From an uncultured Oligoflexia bacterium (GTDB taxonomy: Bacteria > Bdellovibrionota > UBA1018 > UBA6935): a stretch of DNA of 64,000 nt. This document shows positions 26,009-36,487 of this stretch, one piece after another (the first letter of the stretch is position 1; each line of letters starts with the position of its first letter). The stretch is taken from assembly GCA_964013565.1 (NCBI GenBank), contig CAXGWU010000011.1:121-64120 (forward strand). Direction: 5' to 3'. The notes beneath the pieces were generated by a model. That model had not been told where the DNA came from, searched no databases, and saw only the letters and a program-made list of their open reading frames with translations. The position numbers were made by a program, and so were the translations under genes.

Positions 26009-27781
26009 ATGATGAAGACAAGTTTGCACCGGCTATATCAATGGACTTTAGACGCACCCCATGAACCAGCGCAGGTTCAAAAGCTCAATGGGGAGTGGAA
26101 ATCTATTTCTTCTCAAGAAATGATGGATCGCATTTTTTACATCGCTTGTTACTTAGAGTCCATTGGACTTCAAAAAGGAGAAGTGATTAATATTCTCTCC
26201 TATAATCGTCCTGAGTGGGTTCAATTTGATTTAGCACCTCATTTAATTGGGGTAATGAGTGCAGGGCTTTATCCAAACTCAAATGCATCTGATATACAGT
26301 ATGTTCTCGAACATACTGAAGCACGAGTTCTTGTCGTTCAGAATAAAACTTATTTTGAAAAAATACAGGGGACCCTTCCTTCCTCAGTTGAAAAGGTAGT
26401 GGTCATTGAAGGAGATGCTTCTTTTTATAAAGGTGCTGTGACGTATGCTGAAGTCATCGAAGTTGGGCAAAAGTTAGCGCAAGAAAAGAAACTAGAGGAT
26501 TATCTTGAGCAAGTAGACCCCGATGCTCCTGCATTTATGATTTATACTTCAGGGACAACTGGAGATCCAAAGGGCGTTATGATTTCTCATGCAAATCTTT
26601 GTTTTGCAATTGATGGGGTGATTGAAGCGTGGTCGATTCCTGTTGGAGTGAATAAAAAATTATTTTCTTTTCTTCCCTTGTGTCACATCGCTGAAAAACT
26701 TCAAAATGTGGGATATGGAATTACTGGTCGTGGAACTATTTATTTTTGTACTCAATTTGATCAATTGACGACAGAACTGGGGGAAGTGGAACCAGATGTC
26801 TTACTGTGTGTTCCTCGGTTGTGGGAAAAGATGATGGAAGGGGTAAATCAAAAATTAAATAAAGCTCAAGGAGTAAAAAAACATCTTGCAAAATGGGCTT
26901 TCGAAGTAGGGTATAAAGTTTCTGCTGCAAAATATTCAGGAAAAAAATTATCCACTCTTGATCAAGTTCAATATCGACTCGCAGAAAAACTGATTTTCAG
27001 TAAGGTAAAAGAAGCATTGGGTTTAGGTAAATTAGAGAAAGCTGCATCTGGGGCAGCTCCTCTTCCTTCTCATGTGACACGTTGGTTTGGAGCCTTGGGG
27101 ATTGAAATATTGGAAGACTATGGTCAGTCAGAGACTTCTGCTGTTTTAAGTTTAACCGTTCCAGGAATTGATAATGCTGGGAATGTTGGAAGAGCGCAAC
27201 CGGGGACTGAAATGAAAATCGCTGATGACGGGGAAGTGTTGACTCGAGGACCTCACTTGTTTAAGGGGTACTTTAAGAATGAGCAAGCAACACGAGAAAC
27301 CATTGACTCAGAAGGATGGCTTCATACCGGAGATCTAGGGAAAATTAATGAAGATGGTTTTTTACAAATCATTGGAAGAAAGAAAGAAGTTCTGAAAACA
27401 TCGGGAGGGAAAATGATTGCTCCTCTTCCGATTGAGGAAAAAATCAAAGAAGACCCAATGATTAGTCAAGTTTGTATTGTAGGGGATAATCGTAAATTTT
27501 TTAGTGCAATTATTACCCTCAATGAAAGTACTTTAGCTGATCTACAAAAAGAAAATAAATTAACTCAACAAGTAATTGAAGATCCAGAAGTGGTAGGGCA
27601 TGTGAAATCTGTAGTTGATCGTGTAAATGCTTCATTAGCGAGCTATGAACAGATTAAGTATTTCAAATTGATCAATCGTGAGTTTTCGATTGAAGAAGGT
27701 GAAATGACTCCTACTATGAAAATGAAAAGAAGTGTCATTGAAAAGAATTTTAATCCTTTAATTGAAGGAATTTATTCTTAG
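26009..27781 (+). CDS. Long-chain acyl-CoA synthetase (AMP-binding family)
   Basis: AMP-binding motif YTSGTTGDPKGVMISH, plus the downstream adenylate-forming motifs GYGQSE and GWLHTGDLG. AGGAG 8 nt upstream of the ATG at 26009. Confidence 0.8.
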   Translation: MMKTSLHRLYQWTLDAPHEPAQVQKLNGEWKSISSQEMMDRIFYIACYLESIGLQKGEVINILSYNRPEWVQFDLAPHLIGVMSAGLYPNSNASDIQYVLEHTEARVLVVQNKTYFEKIQGTLPSSVEKVVVIEGDASFYKGAVTYAEVIEVGQKLAQEKKLEDYLEQVDPDAPAFMIYTSGTTGDPKGVMISHANLCFAIDGVIEAWSIPVGVNKKLFSFLPLCHIAEKLQNVGYGITGRGTIYFCTQFDQLTTELGEVEPDVLLCVPRLWEKMMEGVNQKLNKAQGVKKHLAKWAFEVGYKVSAAKYSGKKLSTLDQVQYRLAEKLIFSKVKEALGLGKLEKAASGAAPLPSHVTRWFGALGIEILEDYGQSETSAVLSLTVPGIDNAGNVGRAQPGTEMKIADDGEVLTRGPHLFKGYFKNEQATRETIDSEGWLHTGDLGKINEDGFLQIIGRKKEVLKTSGGKMIAPLPIEEKIKEDPMISQVCIVGDNRKFFSAIITLNESTLADLQKENKLTQQVIEDPEVVGHVKSVVDRVNASLASYEQIKYFKLINREFSIEEGEMTPTMKMKRSVIEKNFNPLIEGIYS

Positions 27782-29412
27782 CTACCCGAAGTTTTAAAAG
27801 TAAGACCTTTATGATTTTCGATCGCCCAGTTTAAGGCCCACTGGCTTTTAAATAATACGACAGGCTTTCCGTCACGGTCTTCAAGACAGCGACTATCTTC
27901 TCTTTCAAAAAGAGAGGGCGTGAAATTCTCTCCAGAAACCCATCTTGCGTGTGTGTAAGGAAGTGGGATGAGTTTGATATCGACTTTGTATTCTTCTTTA
28001 AGACGGCTTTGTAAGACTTCAAACTGAAGGGCTCCTACGGCTCCAAGAACAGGGTCTTTGTCTCCTAAGCCAATTTGACGGTACAGCTGAATGACACCTT
28101 CTTCTGAAAGTTGGTCGAGTCCTTTTTGAAGTTGCTTTCTTTTCAGAGGATCTAAAATTTGGACTCCACTAAAGTGTTCAGGAGAGAAGCTAGGAACACC
28201 AACATATTCGATAGGTTTTTTACCTGTATACAGTGTGTCCCCGATTCGTAGAGATCCATTGGTGTCTACAAGACCCACGATGTCTCCTGGCCAAGCTTCT
28301 TCTACAATCACTCTTTCTTGTGCAAAAAAATGGAGGGGGCGTGTAAGTTTGTAGTCTTTTTTTAATCGAGCATGTTTGCTGTTCATTCCTTTTTCAAATT
28401 TACCTGAACAGATTCGAATAAATGCAACCCGGTCTCGATGAGACGGATCCATATTTGCTTGAATTTTAAAAACAAAACCTGAGAATGCAGGGTCAGAGGG
28501 AGAAATTTCAGTTCCCTCTGCAGTGGTTCTTGGAACAGGGGCAGGGGCCATTTTTAAAAAGTGTTCTAAAAACCTTTCCACACCAAAATTGTTCATTGCA
28601 CTTCCAAAAAAAACAGGAGTGAGTTGACCGTTACGAATACGCTCTAGGTCGTATTCATCTCCAGCTACTTCTAAGAGTTCAATTTCTTCAATCAATTTTT
28701 CATGAAGCTCTTTTCCTTCAAAGTGATCTTTCTTTTCTCCAGCTAAAATTTCAGTGAAAAAAGGATCTTCAATTCCAGTAACATTGTGAGGTTTTAGTTT
28801 AGTTGTAGCATTCGCACGATCGGTTGAATAAAGAAGAACATCCCCCTTTTGTCGGTCAAAGACTCCCTTGAATCGGTCTCCCATTCCAATAGGCCAAGTA
28901 ACGGGGCAGGATCGAATCCCTAAAACTTTTTCAAGTTCATCTAACAAATCAATGGGTTCTTGAGACGGACGGTCCATCTTGTTAATGAAGGTAAAGATCG
29001 GAATACCTCGCATTCGACACACTTCAAAGAGTTTGATGGTTTGAGGCTCAACTCCTTTTGCTCCATCAATGAGCATGACCGCTGCGTCTGCAGCCATTAG
29101 CGTTCGATAAGTATCTTCCGAGAAATCTTTGTGTCCCGGGGTATCCAGAAGATTGACGTGACAACCTTCATAAAAAAATTGAAGGACACTTGCAGAAATG
29201 GAAATTCCTCGTTGTTGTTCAATGTCCATCCAGTCAGATGTCGTATGTCTTTGATTTTTTTTAGCTTTGACAGCACCAGCCAGATGAATGGCTCCACCAT
29301 AGAGGAGGAGTTTTTCAGTTAATGTGGTTTTACCCGCATCTGGATGCGAAATAATAGCAAACGTCCGTCTTTTTTTTACCTCGGCGTTCAGGTCTGCAGC
29401 AGTAGGATTCAT
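27778..29412 (-). CDS. prfC: Peptide chain release factor 3
   Basis: RRTFAIISHPDAGKTTLTEKLL G1 motif and DTPGHKDF G3 motif; 544 aa. RF3 architecture. Confidence 0.9.
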   Translation of the reverse strand: MNPTAADLNAEVKKRRTFAIISHPDAGKTTLTEKLLLYGGAIHLAGAVKAKKNQRHTTSDWMDIEQQRGISISASVLQFFYEGCHVNLLDTPGHKDFSEDTYRTLMAADAAVMLIDGAKGVEPQTIKLFEVCRMRGIPIFTFINKMDRPSQEPIDLLDELEKVLGIRSCPVTWPIGMGDRFKGVFDRQKGDVLLYSTDRANATTKLKPHNVTGIEDPFFTEILAGEKKDHFEGKELHEKLIEEIELLEVAGDEYDLERIRNGQLTPVFFGSAMNNFGVERFLEHFLKMAPAPVPRTTAEGTEISPSDPAFSGFVFKIQANMDPSHRDRVAFIRICSGKFEKGMNSKHARLKKDYKLTRPLHFFAQERVIVEEAWPGDIVGLVDTNGSLRIGDTLYTGKKPIEYVGVPSFSPEHFSGVQILDPLKRKQLQKGLDQLSEEGVIQLYRQIGLGDKDPVLGAVGALQFEVLQSRLKEEYKVDIKLIPLPYTHARWVSGENFTPSLFEREDSRCLEDRDGKPVVLFKSQWALNWAIENHKGLTFKTSGS

Positions 29413-29578
29413 GATTCTCTTCTTTTGCCTGAAAATACTCTTAAATGCGAGTTCAAAGTCTTTAGTTGATTGAATTTGTTTTATAATGGGAGATTTTTTG
29501 GTCTTTATCGTTAAAAAATATAAGGAAGGAGTTAGGGTGGTATTTGAAAAAAGTCTAGTTGCGTTATAGCTTCATCTC

Positions 29579-30781
29579 ATGAAGTTTTCTCCAGTAGTTG
29601 TTTTTTTATTTTCAGTTTCTTCTTATGCATTACCTTGTTCAAGCCTTTTTGATCGACAGCTTGAAAATCGAGCCATGACTTTAGTCTCTCGAATGCGAGC
29701 ACTTCCACTGAGTCGACCTGCGAATGTCAATATTTTTGAAAGGATGATGAAGGTTGTTATTCAAAAAAAACCAATTTTAGCTCTTGGGGACGTTTTAGTG
29801 CCCGAATGGGGATACAAAGCTCATCTTTTGTTGAGAAACCTAAAGGAATCTGAATCTGAAATTTTAAAAAAAATTGATAAAATCACAGATTTAAATTTGA
29901 AGAAAAAATTTAAAAATCGCTGGTTTCGTTTATTAGAAAACATAAAGAACATGATCAGAACTCAATCTCTGACCTATGGTGATTTTCATGAAGTGACAAG
30001 AGAAGCGGCACTTTGGTGGGAGATGAATGAGCATGCTAAAAATTCTTCTGTAGAAAGCCTTTATACAGAAGATTGGTTTAATGCCATAGATTATAATCGA
30101 GATAATCATTTCATCTTTTATCTTTTTCCAGTAATTGTTGAACCCCGTATTGTTGATGAATCGACCACATGGCTGAGTTTTTATCGAGGCAACTCGGATT
30201 TGACTGTAGACTTAGGGATAGCAAGGGGTCTTGTTTTAGCTGATGGCAAACAGGTTGGTTCAAGGTTATTTAGAATTCACGATCTTCTACATGCCAGAAG
30301 ACATCATACGAGTTTTGGTTTATGGGAGCTTCGATTGATCCGTCAGCTTTCTCCTAGTGGAGCGGGTGGAGATATTTCTTCTTTTCCAGAAAATGCACCT
30401 CAAGAATTTTCAAATGAAAATTTAGTAAAAATGCTTGATGCATTAGAAACCCACTTCGATTGGGTAGAGGCTTTGGATGCTCATATCGGTAAATTATCAA
30501 TAGAAGATCAATTGAAGTTGAAGCTCATCATTGCAATTAGAAAGCATGAATATAATCGCTCTCTTGTGGGTTACCAAGGAGATCCGGATTTAGGAGATCG
30601 GTTCTTTAATGCAGAGGATGTTCTTCGTTTTGAGTTGAGTTCTTATCTCCCTCATTATTTGAAAAAACAAGCGGATGAACCTCTTGAAAACCAAATGCTG
30701 CATTGGTTGACTACAGAGTCTCCTCAAATCAAAGAAGTCATGAAAAGCGTTGCTGATCAGGTCAAAAATAAAAAGCGTTGA
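29579..30781 (+). CDS. Hypothetical secreted protein
   Basis: Signal MKFSPVVVFLFSVSSYALPCSS. No family recognised. Confidence 0.4.
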   Translation: MKFSPVVVFLFSVSSYALPCSSLFDRQLENRAMTLVSRMRALPLSRPANVNIFERMMKVVIQKKPILALGDVLVPEWGYKAHLLLRNLKESESEILKKIDKITDLNLKKKFKNRWFRLLENIKNMIRTQSLTYGDFHEVTREAALWWEMNEHAKNSSVESLYTEDWFNAIDYNRDNHFIFYLFPVIVEPRIVDESTTWLSFYRGNSDLTVDLGIARGLVLADGKQVGSRLFRIHDLLHARRHHTSFGLWELRLIRQLSPSGAGGDISSFPENAPQEFSNENLVKMLDALETHFDWVEALDAHIGKLSIEDQLKLKLIIAIRKHEYNRSLVGYQGDPDLGDRFFNAEDVLRFELSSYLPHYLKKQADEPLENQMLHWLTTESPQIKEVMKSVADQVKNKKR

Positions 30782-30973
30782 TTCTTTTCATTTTTAAAGT
30801 AGACAAAAAAAAGAATGTTTTTGCCGTATTCATTTAATTTTGGCAATTTACGGTTACCACGGGTAAAACGCCAAATATTTGGATTAAAAGAGAGATATGT
30901 GATGAAATTCAAAAAAACCATGACTTTTCACCGTTACAGTATTGAAAGAACATCAACCACTTTAGTTCTTTAT

Positions 30974-31714
30974 TCACTCGATACAACCACCTTCTCCTGA
31001 TGTAGACATTGTTCTGCACAAACATCCAGGGTGGTGCATTGCTCCTTGAGGGTAAATGTTCTGATCATTTTTGCAGCTTGCTGATTCCCATAGACTCATA
31101 AATTGAGTGACTGAATTTTTGTAGTAATCTTTAATGGAAGGTGCAAAGTAATCAAATGGACAGTAGGCGGTGGAACCATTGTAAAGCATGAGTTCGACTC
31201 GTCCTTGATTCAGTAGAGAACTCCATGTCCCAGGTTTTCCGATGATATCACCTGCACGTACGCTATCGTTTTTACTGACTAGAGGAGACAGAACATGGTC
31301 CATTTCAACTCCCCAAGTACTATCTTCATTTGGCTTAATTCGAATGGCATAGTCACTTGTTGAACCCTGAAAATCAACCGCATCAATGATTCCATCAATA
31401 GGAGTGAGGACATTTGTGTTTTCTAAAACTCGGTATTCAAAAGTAGGAAGATACTTTGAGCCTTCTAAGTATCCAAATTCGAAAAAAATTCTTTCATTAC
31501 TTGCGCAATCACAATTACTGAGAGTACCCGCGCAAGCACCTGTCGTGTTGGTAAAATCAAAATCCCCTAAAACTCCACCCGAGAAGGTATCTCCAAAAGA
31601 TACACCCAGATTTTTTAACTCTGGGGGGGTAGTGTCTTTATTTGAACATCCAACAAAAAGCGTAAGATGCAAAAAAATAATCATTGAAAATAAGGATTCT
31701 AGGTGGAACCTCAT
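30974..31714 (-). CDS. Hypothetical lipoprotein
   Basis: MRFHLESLFSMIIFLHLTLFVGCSNK lipobox. Cys-rich. Confidence 0.4.
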   Translation of the reverse strand: MRFHLESLFSMIIFLHLTLFVGCSNKDTTPPELKNLGVSFGDTFSGGVLGDFDFTNTTGACAGTLSNCDCASNERIFFEFGYLEGSKYLPTFEYRVLENTNVLTPIDGIIDAVDFQGSTSDYAIRIKPNEDSTWGVEMDHVLSPLVSKNDSVRAGDIIGKPGTWSSLLNQGRVELMLYNGSTAYCPFDYFAPSIKDYYKNSVTQFMSLWESASCKNDQNIYPQGAMHHPGCLCRTMSTSGEGGCIE

Positions 31715-31772
31715 AGTTTCTTCTCGGAAGAAAAAAGTAAACTCTTGAGTTTTATTGTTTGTTCCTTATAAA

Positions 31773-34580
31773 TTAATGAAATAAACTTCTTGAGGATTCA
31801 ATTTTTTGAATCACTTCGGTTGGAGAAGCACTTGAGACAGGCATAGGGTCGAGTGAGTCGTTCACTAATTGTCGAGATTTCTGCCCCCACCGATGATATC
31901 GAGAATCAAAAATAACGACATTTCCGTAATCTTCTGGCGACCGTATAAGTCGGCCAACTCTTTGTTTTAACCACATCATTCGAAGTGGAAAATCATAATC
32001 AAAAAGAGCAAAGGAGGTTCTGGATTTCCTTGCTTCTGCTAGAGGTCCTCTTGTCATTGCTTCATTTATTTTTTCTATGATGACACAAGTGAGTGTTTCT
32101 CCCGGAATATCAAGTCCTTCACCATAACGTTCACTCCCAATGAGAAGAGCGTGTGGGGAGGCTTTGAAGTGATCTACTGCTTTCGAATCTGATACCGAAT
32201 CAAAAACTTCTATACCTTCTTTTTCTAAACGAGTTCTCAGTTGTTCCGCGGCTTTTTGAAGACGACTGTTAGCGGTCATCAGAAGAAGTGTTTTTCCTCT
32301 CAGCCCTTTGACTGTTTTTTCTGTAAAATCAATAATTGCTTCGAGGTGTTCTGGGGTTCCGGGTTGAGGAATGTCTTGTGGAATCCATATTTTTGCTTGG
32401 TTTTGAAGATCATATGGAGACGGAAGTTGAATCATGGGTTCAGTTGCTGGAAGTCCAATTCTTTTTAAAATAAAGTCGCCTTCATTTCCCGATGATAGGG
32501 TTGCTGAGGTAAGAATAATGCTTCTTTTGTCTTGATAAAAATCAGGAGTGAGTTCATTGACTTCAATAGGAGACACTCTGATTTTCCAGGAATCATCTTT
32601 TGGATTCCACGTAAGCGTCCGTAACCAATTGATTTCTTCGCTCAGGTAGAGTAACAGCATTTCTTGCATGGATTCAATTCGGTCAGTCATCATAAAGAGG
32701 AGGTCTTTTCCAGGGTCTTTTCCTCTTCGTTTATCTTCAATTGCTTCGGATGCATCTGAAAACAGGTCGAATATTTTTTGAAGTTCAGATTTAAGTTTTT
32801 TTAAAGCATTTTTGAGAGGGTCCATTTGTTTTAAGCCAGGAGCAAGTACTCCACTTGTCTCAAACAATGAAGTTCTTTGTCGTTCGTTAAAAGAACCTTC
32901 GATAATTGTTCTTAATTCAGTAAGTGTTTCAGAAATAGGTTCAATTAGAAGATCCAATTGAGGTCCCATGAGATCATGTTGATATCGAGCAGGAAGAGTC
33001 AATGAGTCTAAAAGAGTAACTAAAAGTGCTCTTTCAGAATTTTTCCTATTTTTTCTTTTTTTGGAAAAACGATCAACAAAGTGATTGAGTTCTTTTTCAG
33101 AAACTCCTTGAGAGTATGCTTCTGTAATTTGATCTTCGAGGTGATGAGCTTCATCGAAAACAATATTTCTAATCTGAGGGAGATGGTGAGGCCAATGAAA
33201 AACAAGTGAATGGTTAGAAATAATAATGTCTGATTCATAGGCTTTTCTTGCGCTATTAAAAAAATTACATTGACTATAAAAAGGGCAGGCCGATCCAATG
33301 GTTGTATGATGATGCGATCGGACGTGTTCAATCAGTGGTTCTAAAGATTCAAATTTCATTTTTAAAAATCGTGATACTCGGTCTAATTCTACAGAATGAG
33401 TGAGTGTTGAGAAACTCATCAGGTAGGCAATGGACCATGCTTCATCAATGGAGTCCATTTCTTCACTTGAGAATGACAAAATTGCAGATGCGTTTTCATG
33501 GAGTTTTCGAAGGCAAAGATAGTTTTCTTGACCTTTGACCGTGGTGGCCTGAATCGAAGTGTCTCCAGTCAATTCTTTTAACAGTGGAATATCTTTTTCA
33601 AGGAGTTGGTCTTGGAGTCCCTTACTGTGAGTTGATACTACTACTGGGGCACCTGATTTTTTTGCAGAAAAGTAGCTTGGAAGAAGATAAGCGAGCGACT
33701 TTCCTGTTCCAGTGGGAGCTTCAATTGCAATTTTTCCTTTTTCATTAAACGCATGGGTGACTTTTAAAGCCATTTGTTCTTGTGAGTGTCTGTACTCTAC
33801 GTTTTCAGAAGGTTTTCTGAGGATTTCAATGATTTCATTGTCATCAATTTTTTTAGACCAATCTGCTTCTTCCACTGAGTCTTCTTTTTTTAACTTTTGT
33901 AGGTCCCCTAGTTCTTCTGTGTATTGAGTTCCTTCAATTCCATTAAACATCCAATTCCAAAACCAAGATTGAGGAAGATAGCTTTGAATTAAAGGAGCGA
34001 GATGAGATCGATTTTCTTTGAGTTCTTCCTGTGATTTTTTCAGAATAACTGCTAAATCCTCACAGTCTTGATCTGCTCGGTGAGCATTTTTATCAGAGAG
34101 TTGAAAACGTTCCCGAAAGCTTTGCATTGAAAATGAGGCCTGTTCTGGAAAAATTAATGCGAGAACATCAATAGAGTCTTGTACTTCAAAATGAAGTCCT
34201 CCTAAAGCAGGAGTGAGATGTGCATCTAGAAATTTTTGTTCCATTTGGGAGTGGTGAGAAACAATGGGATAAATCTCATTTGTTTCATTTGTACAAAAAT
34301 CGTAAAACGCAGTTGCTGCTTCTTTTATTGAAGGTGCTTCTTCCACCATCTCTTGAGTAATCCCAGTGAGTTGAGTGATATTTTTTGGAATCTTCTCAAG
34401 CGGGTGAACAAAGGTTTGAAAACGCTCAAGTGGGGTGGTGCCTTCCATGAGCAGAGCTCCAATTTCAATAATCTCTGTAGTGAGAGGGTCTAAACCTGTC
34501 GTTTCAAAATCAAGAAGTACGTACTTTGTCATGGAGGAGGAGATATCAGGTGTTCGCTGTTTATTCATCTTGTTTTCCAA
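31773..34580 (-). CDS. dinG: DinG-family ATP-dependent helicase with N-terminal DnaQ-like 3'-5' exonuclease domain
   Basis: N-terminal DEDDh exo I motif VLLDFETTGLDP. Central Walker A APTGTGKS. DEAH box VFDEAHHLED. 935 aa. Architecture resembles Firmicutes-type DinG. Confidence 0.75.
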   Translation of the reverse strand: MENKMNKQRTPDISSSMTKYVLLDFETTGLDPLTTEIIEIGALLMEGTTPLERFQTFVHPLEKIPKNITQLTGITQEMVEEAPSIKEAATAFYDFCTNETNEIYPIVSHHSQMEQKFLDAHLTPALGGLHFEVQDSIDVLALIFPEQASFSMQSFRERFQLSDKNAHRADQDCEDLAVILKKSQEELKENRSHLAPLIQSYLPQSWFWNWMFNGIEGTQYTEELGDLQKLKKEDSVEEADWSKKIDDNEIIEILRKPSENVEYRHSQEQMALKVTHAFNEKGKIAIEAPTGTGKSLAYLLPSYFSAKKSGAPVVVSTHSKGLQDQLLEKDIPLLKELTGDTSIQATTVKGQENYLCLRKLHENASAILSFSSEEMDSIDEAWSIAYLMSFSTLTHSVELDRVSRFLKMKFESLEPLIEHVRSHHHTTIGSACPFYSQCNFFNSARKAYESDIIISNHSLVFHWPHHLPQIRNIVFDEAHHLEDQITEAYSQGVSEKELNHFVDRFSKKRKNRKNSERALLVTLLDSLTLPARYQHDLMGPQLDLLIEPISETLTELRTIIEGSFNERQRTSLFETSGVLAPGLKQMDPLKNALKKLKSELQKIFDLFSDASEAIEDKRRGKDPGKDLLFMMTDRIESMQEMLLLYLSEEINWLRTLTWNPKDDSWKIRVSPIEVNELTPDFYQDKRSIILTSATLSSGNEGDFILKRIGLPATEPMIQLPSPYDLQNQAKIWIPQDIPQPGTPEHLEAIIDFTEKTVKGLRGKTLLLMTANSRLQKAAEQLRTRLEKEGIEVFDSVSDSKAVDHFKASPHALLIGSERYGEGLDIPGETLTCVIIEKINEAMTRGPLAEARKSRTSFALFDYDFPLRMMWLKQRVGRLIRSPEDYGNVVIFDSRYHRWGQKSRQLVNDSLDPMPVSSASPTEVIQKIESSRSLFH

Positions 34581-34694
34581 AGAAAAATCATTGCTCTGTG
34601 TCTAAAGGGACTTCAAATTGTTAATTTGATTTAGTGCGTTATTTTTTTGGTCGATGAGGGTTTAAGATTAAATTATTTCGGCAAGGAGCCCACC

Positions 34695-35171
34695 ATGAAC
34701 TCAACCGAGAAGAAACAAAAGACCGGAACGGTCGCTCTTGTAGTGCATCAAAAAGAAACTGGGGTTTTTCTCCAGGAAATCCTTTCTGATGAGTTAGAAA
34801 TACGGACCTTTGAAAAGGCAATTGAGGACGGAATTTCTGATCCTCTAGATATCGTTTATATTCGAAGGGCTAGAGTGTTTCAGGAACAAGAAGATTTTGC
34901 GAACTATGTTGAAGAACTACTTTCTCAACCTTTTATTCAAGAAGATATTCGTGAACACGGTGTTCAATGGATGAAATCAAAAATTAAAATCGATCGATAT
35001 GAGCAAGAAGAAAAGAATGCTGTGAAAACGATTGCCGACTATGCCTATCAGGTGTATTTGGAGAATCAGGCAGTTAAAGAGTTTATGCTCGCCGGACCAC
35101 ATGCTTCGGTTCATATTAAAGTATTTGATGTGACTGATTCGTGTGAGGACCAGACTCCAATGGCAGCATAG
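34695..35171 (+). CDS. Hypothetical protein
   Basis: AGGAG 7 nt upstream of the ATG at 34695; the ORF track starts at 34647. No family recognised. Confidence 0.35.
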   Translation: MNSTEKKQKTGTVALVVHQKETGVFLQEILSDELEIRTFEKAIEDGISDPLDIVYIRRARVFQEQEDFANYVEELLSQPFIQEDIREHGVQWMKSKIKIDRYEQEEKNAVKTIADYAYQVYLENQAVKEFMLAGPHASVHIKVFDVTDSCEDQTPMAA

Positions 35172-35188
35172 TAGTTGAGATATACATC

Positions 35189-36424
35189 ATGAAAAAACAT
35201 ACTACACCGATCACGCAAGCGGAGGAGCTTCTTCAACTTGTAGATCAACTAAAAGCACACAAGCGAATTGCTTTTGATACAGAGTTTATTCGAGAGTCTA
35301 CTTTTTTTCCAACGCTGGAACTCATTCAAGTAGCGACTCGAGATGAATCTTGGATTGTTGACGTTCAGGCTTTTAAAGTATCGGGAAAAAAAAGGACACC
35401 TGAATACGATGAAGAGGCTCTTCGGCCTCTTTTATCAATTTTTCAAGATCCGTCTATTGAAAAAGTCGCACATGCGGTTCAGGCTGATCAAGAGTGTCTT
35501 TACAGTGCTTTTGGAATTGTTGCGAGTCCGATTTTTGATACGGCTGCAGCTGCTTCGCTTTGTGGATATGGAGATACCATTGGGCTTGCCCCTTTGATGA
35601 AATCTGTTTTAGATGTTCGATTAAAAAAGGGGCATGCTCGAACAAATTGGTCTAAAAGGCCAATTGTAGAAGATCTGATTGAATATGCTCTTTCTGATGT
35701 GACTGATTTAATTTCTCTTGCGGATCGTTTGACTGAGAAATTAGAAAAACTCAATCGAGTACAGTGGGCCCAAGAAATTTCTGAAATTTATTCTCGTATC
35801 TCAATGTATGAAGATAAAACTGATGAAATGGCTTATAAGCTTTTACGAAGTGGGAGAGTGGATTCTAAAGGGCATGGTGTCTTGTATGAGCTTGTTCATT
35901 GGCGAGAGAAAGAAATTCGAAGATTGAATATTCCTAGGCGATGGTTAGCTGATGATAGTGTATTGATGGATTTAGCCTCCGTTCGTCCGAAAGAAGCAGA
36001 AAAGCTGAAGCGTTTTAGAGGATTAAAGAGAATTGACTTTAAAAAACACGCTCCTGAAATTTTAGACGCTATTCAAAGAGGAATGACTGAAAAGAATTTT
36101 GAAATTCCAGAAATAAAAAAACAAAAACCCCCATCAGGCGAAGAATCCGCTGTCATCGATTTATTAAAATGTTTTTTAAATCATATGGGAGAAAAACATG
36201 CGTTGACTCCGCGTCATTTAGTGAAAGCTTCTGATTCGATTCATTTGATCAGAAACCCAGAGCTCACAGTAGAAGACTGGGTTTCTAAAGGGTGGATGAG
36301 TCAAGGCGCAGCAGACCTTGTGGGACGCGACCTTCTTAATCTTCTTCATGGACACTCCGCATTGGTCGTTGACCTGGAGCAAAGAAAAATTTCTTTAATT
36401 GATCGAACCAGAGACGACGCTTGA
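35189..36424 (+). CDS. rnd: Ribonuclease D
   Basis: DEDDy exonuclease motifs: IAFDTEFIRESTFFPTLELIQVAT; AHAVQADQECL; YALSDV. Followed by an HRDC-like C-terminal region. Confidence 0.8.
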   Translation: MKKHTTPITQAEELLQLVDQLKAHKRIAFDTEFIRESTFFPTLELIQVATRDESWIVDVQAFKVSGKKRTPEYDEEALRPLLSIFQDPSIEKVAHAVQADQECLYSAFGIVASPIFDTAAAASLCGYGDTIGLAPLMKSVLDVRLKKGHARTNWSKRPIVEDLIEYALSDVTDLISLADRLTEKLEKLNRVQWAQEISEIYSRISMYEDKTDEMAYKLLRSGRVDSKGHGVLYELVHWREKEIRRLNIPRRWLADDSVLMDLASVRPKEAEKLKRFRGLKRIDFKKHAPEILDAIQRGMTEKNFEIPEIKKQKPPSGEESAVIDLLKCFLNHMGEKHALTPRHLVKASDSIHLIRNPELTVEDWVSKGWMSQGAADLVGRDLLNLLHGHSALVVDLEQRKISLIDRTRDDA

Positions 36425-36487
36425 TCTTTTCTTTTTAAGTCGCTAGTTTCTTTCCTCGGGACGGTAAACCATAGGACTTTTAGAGGA

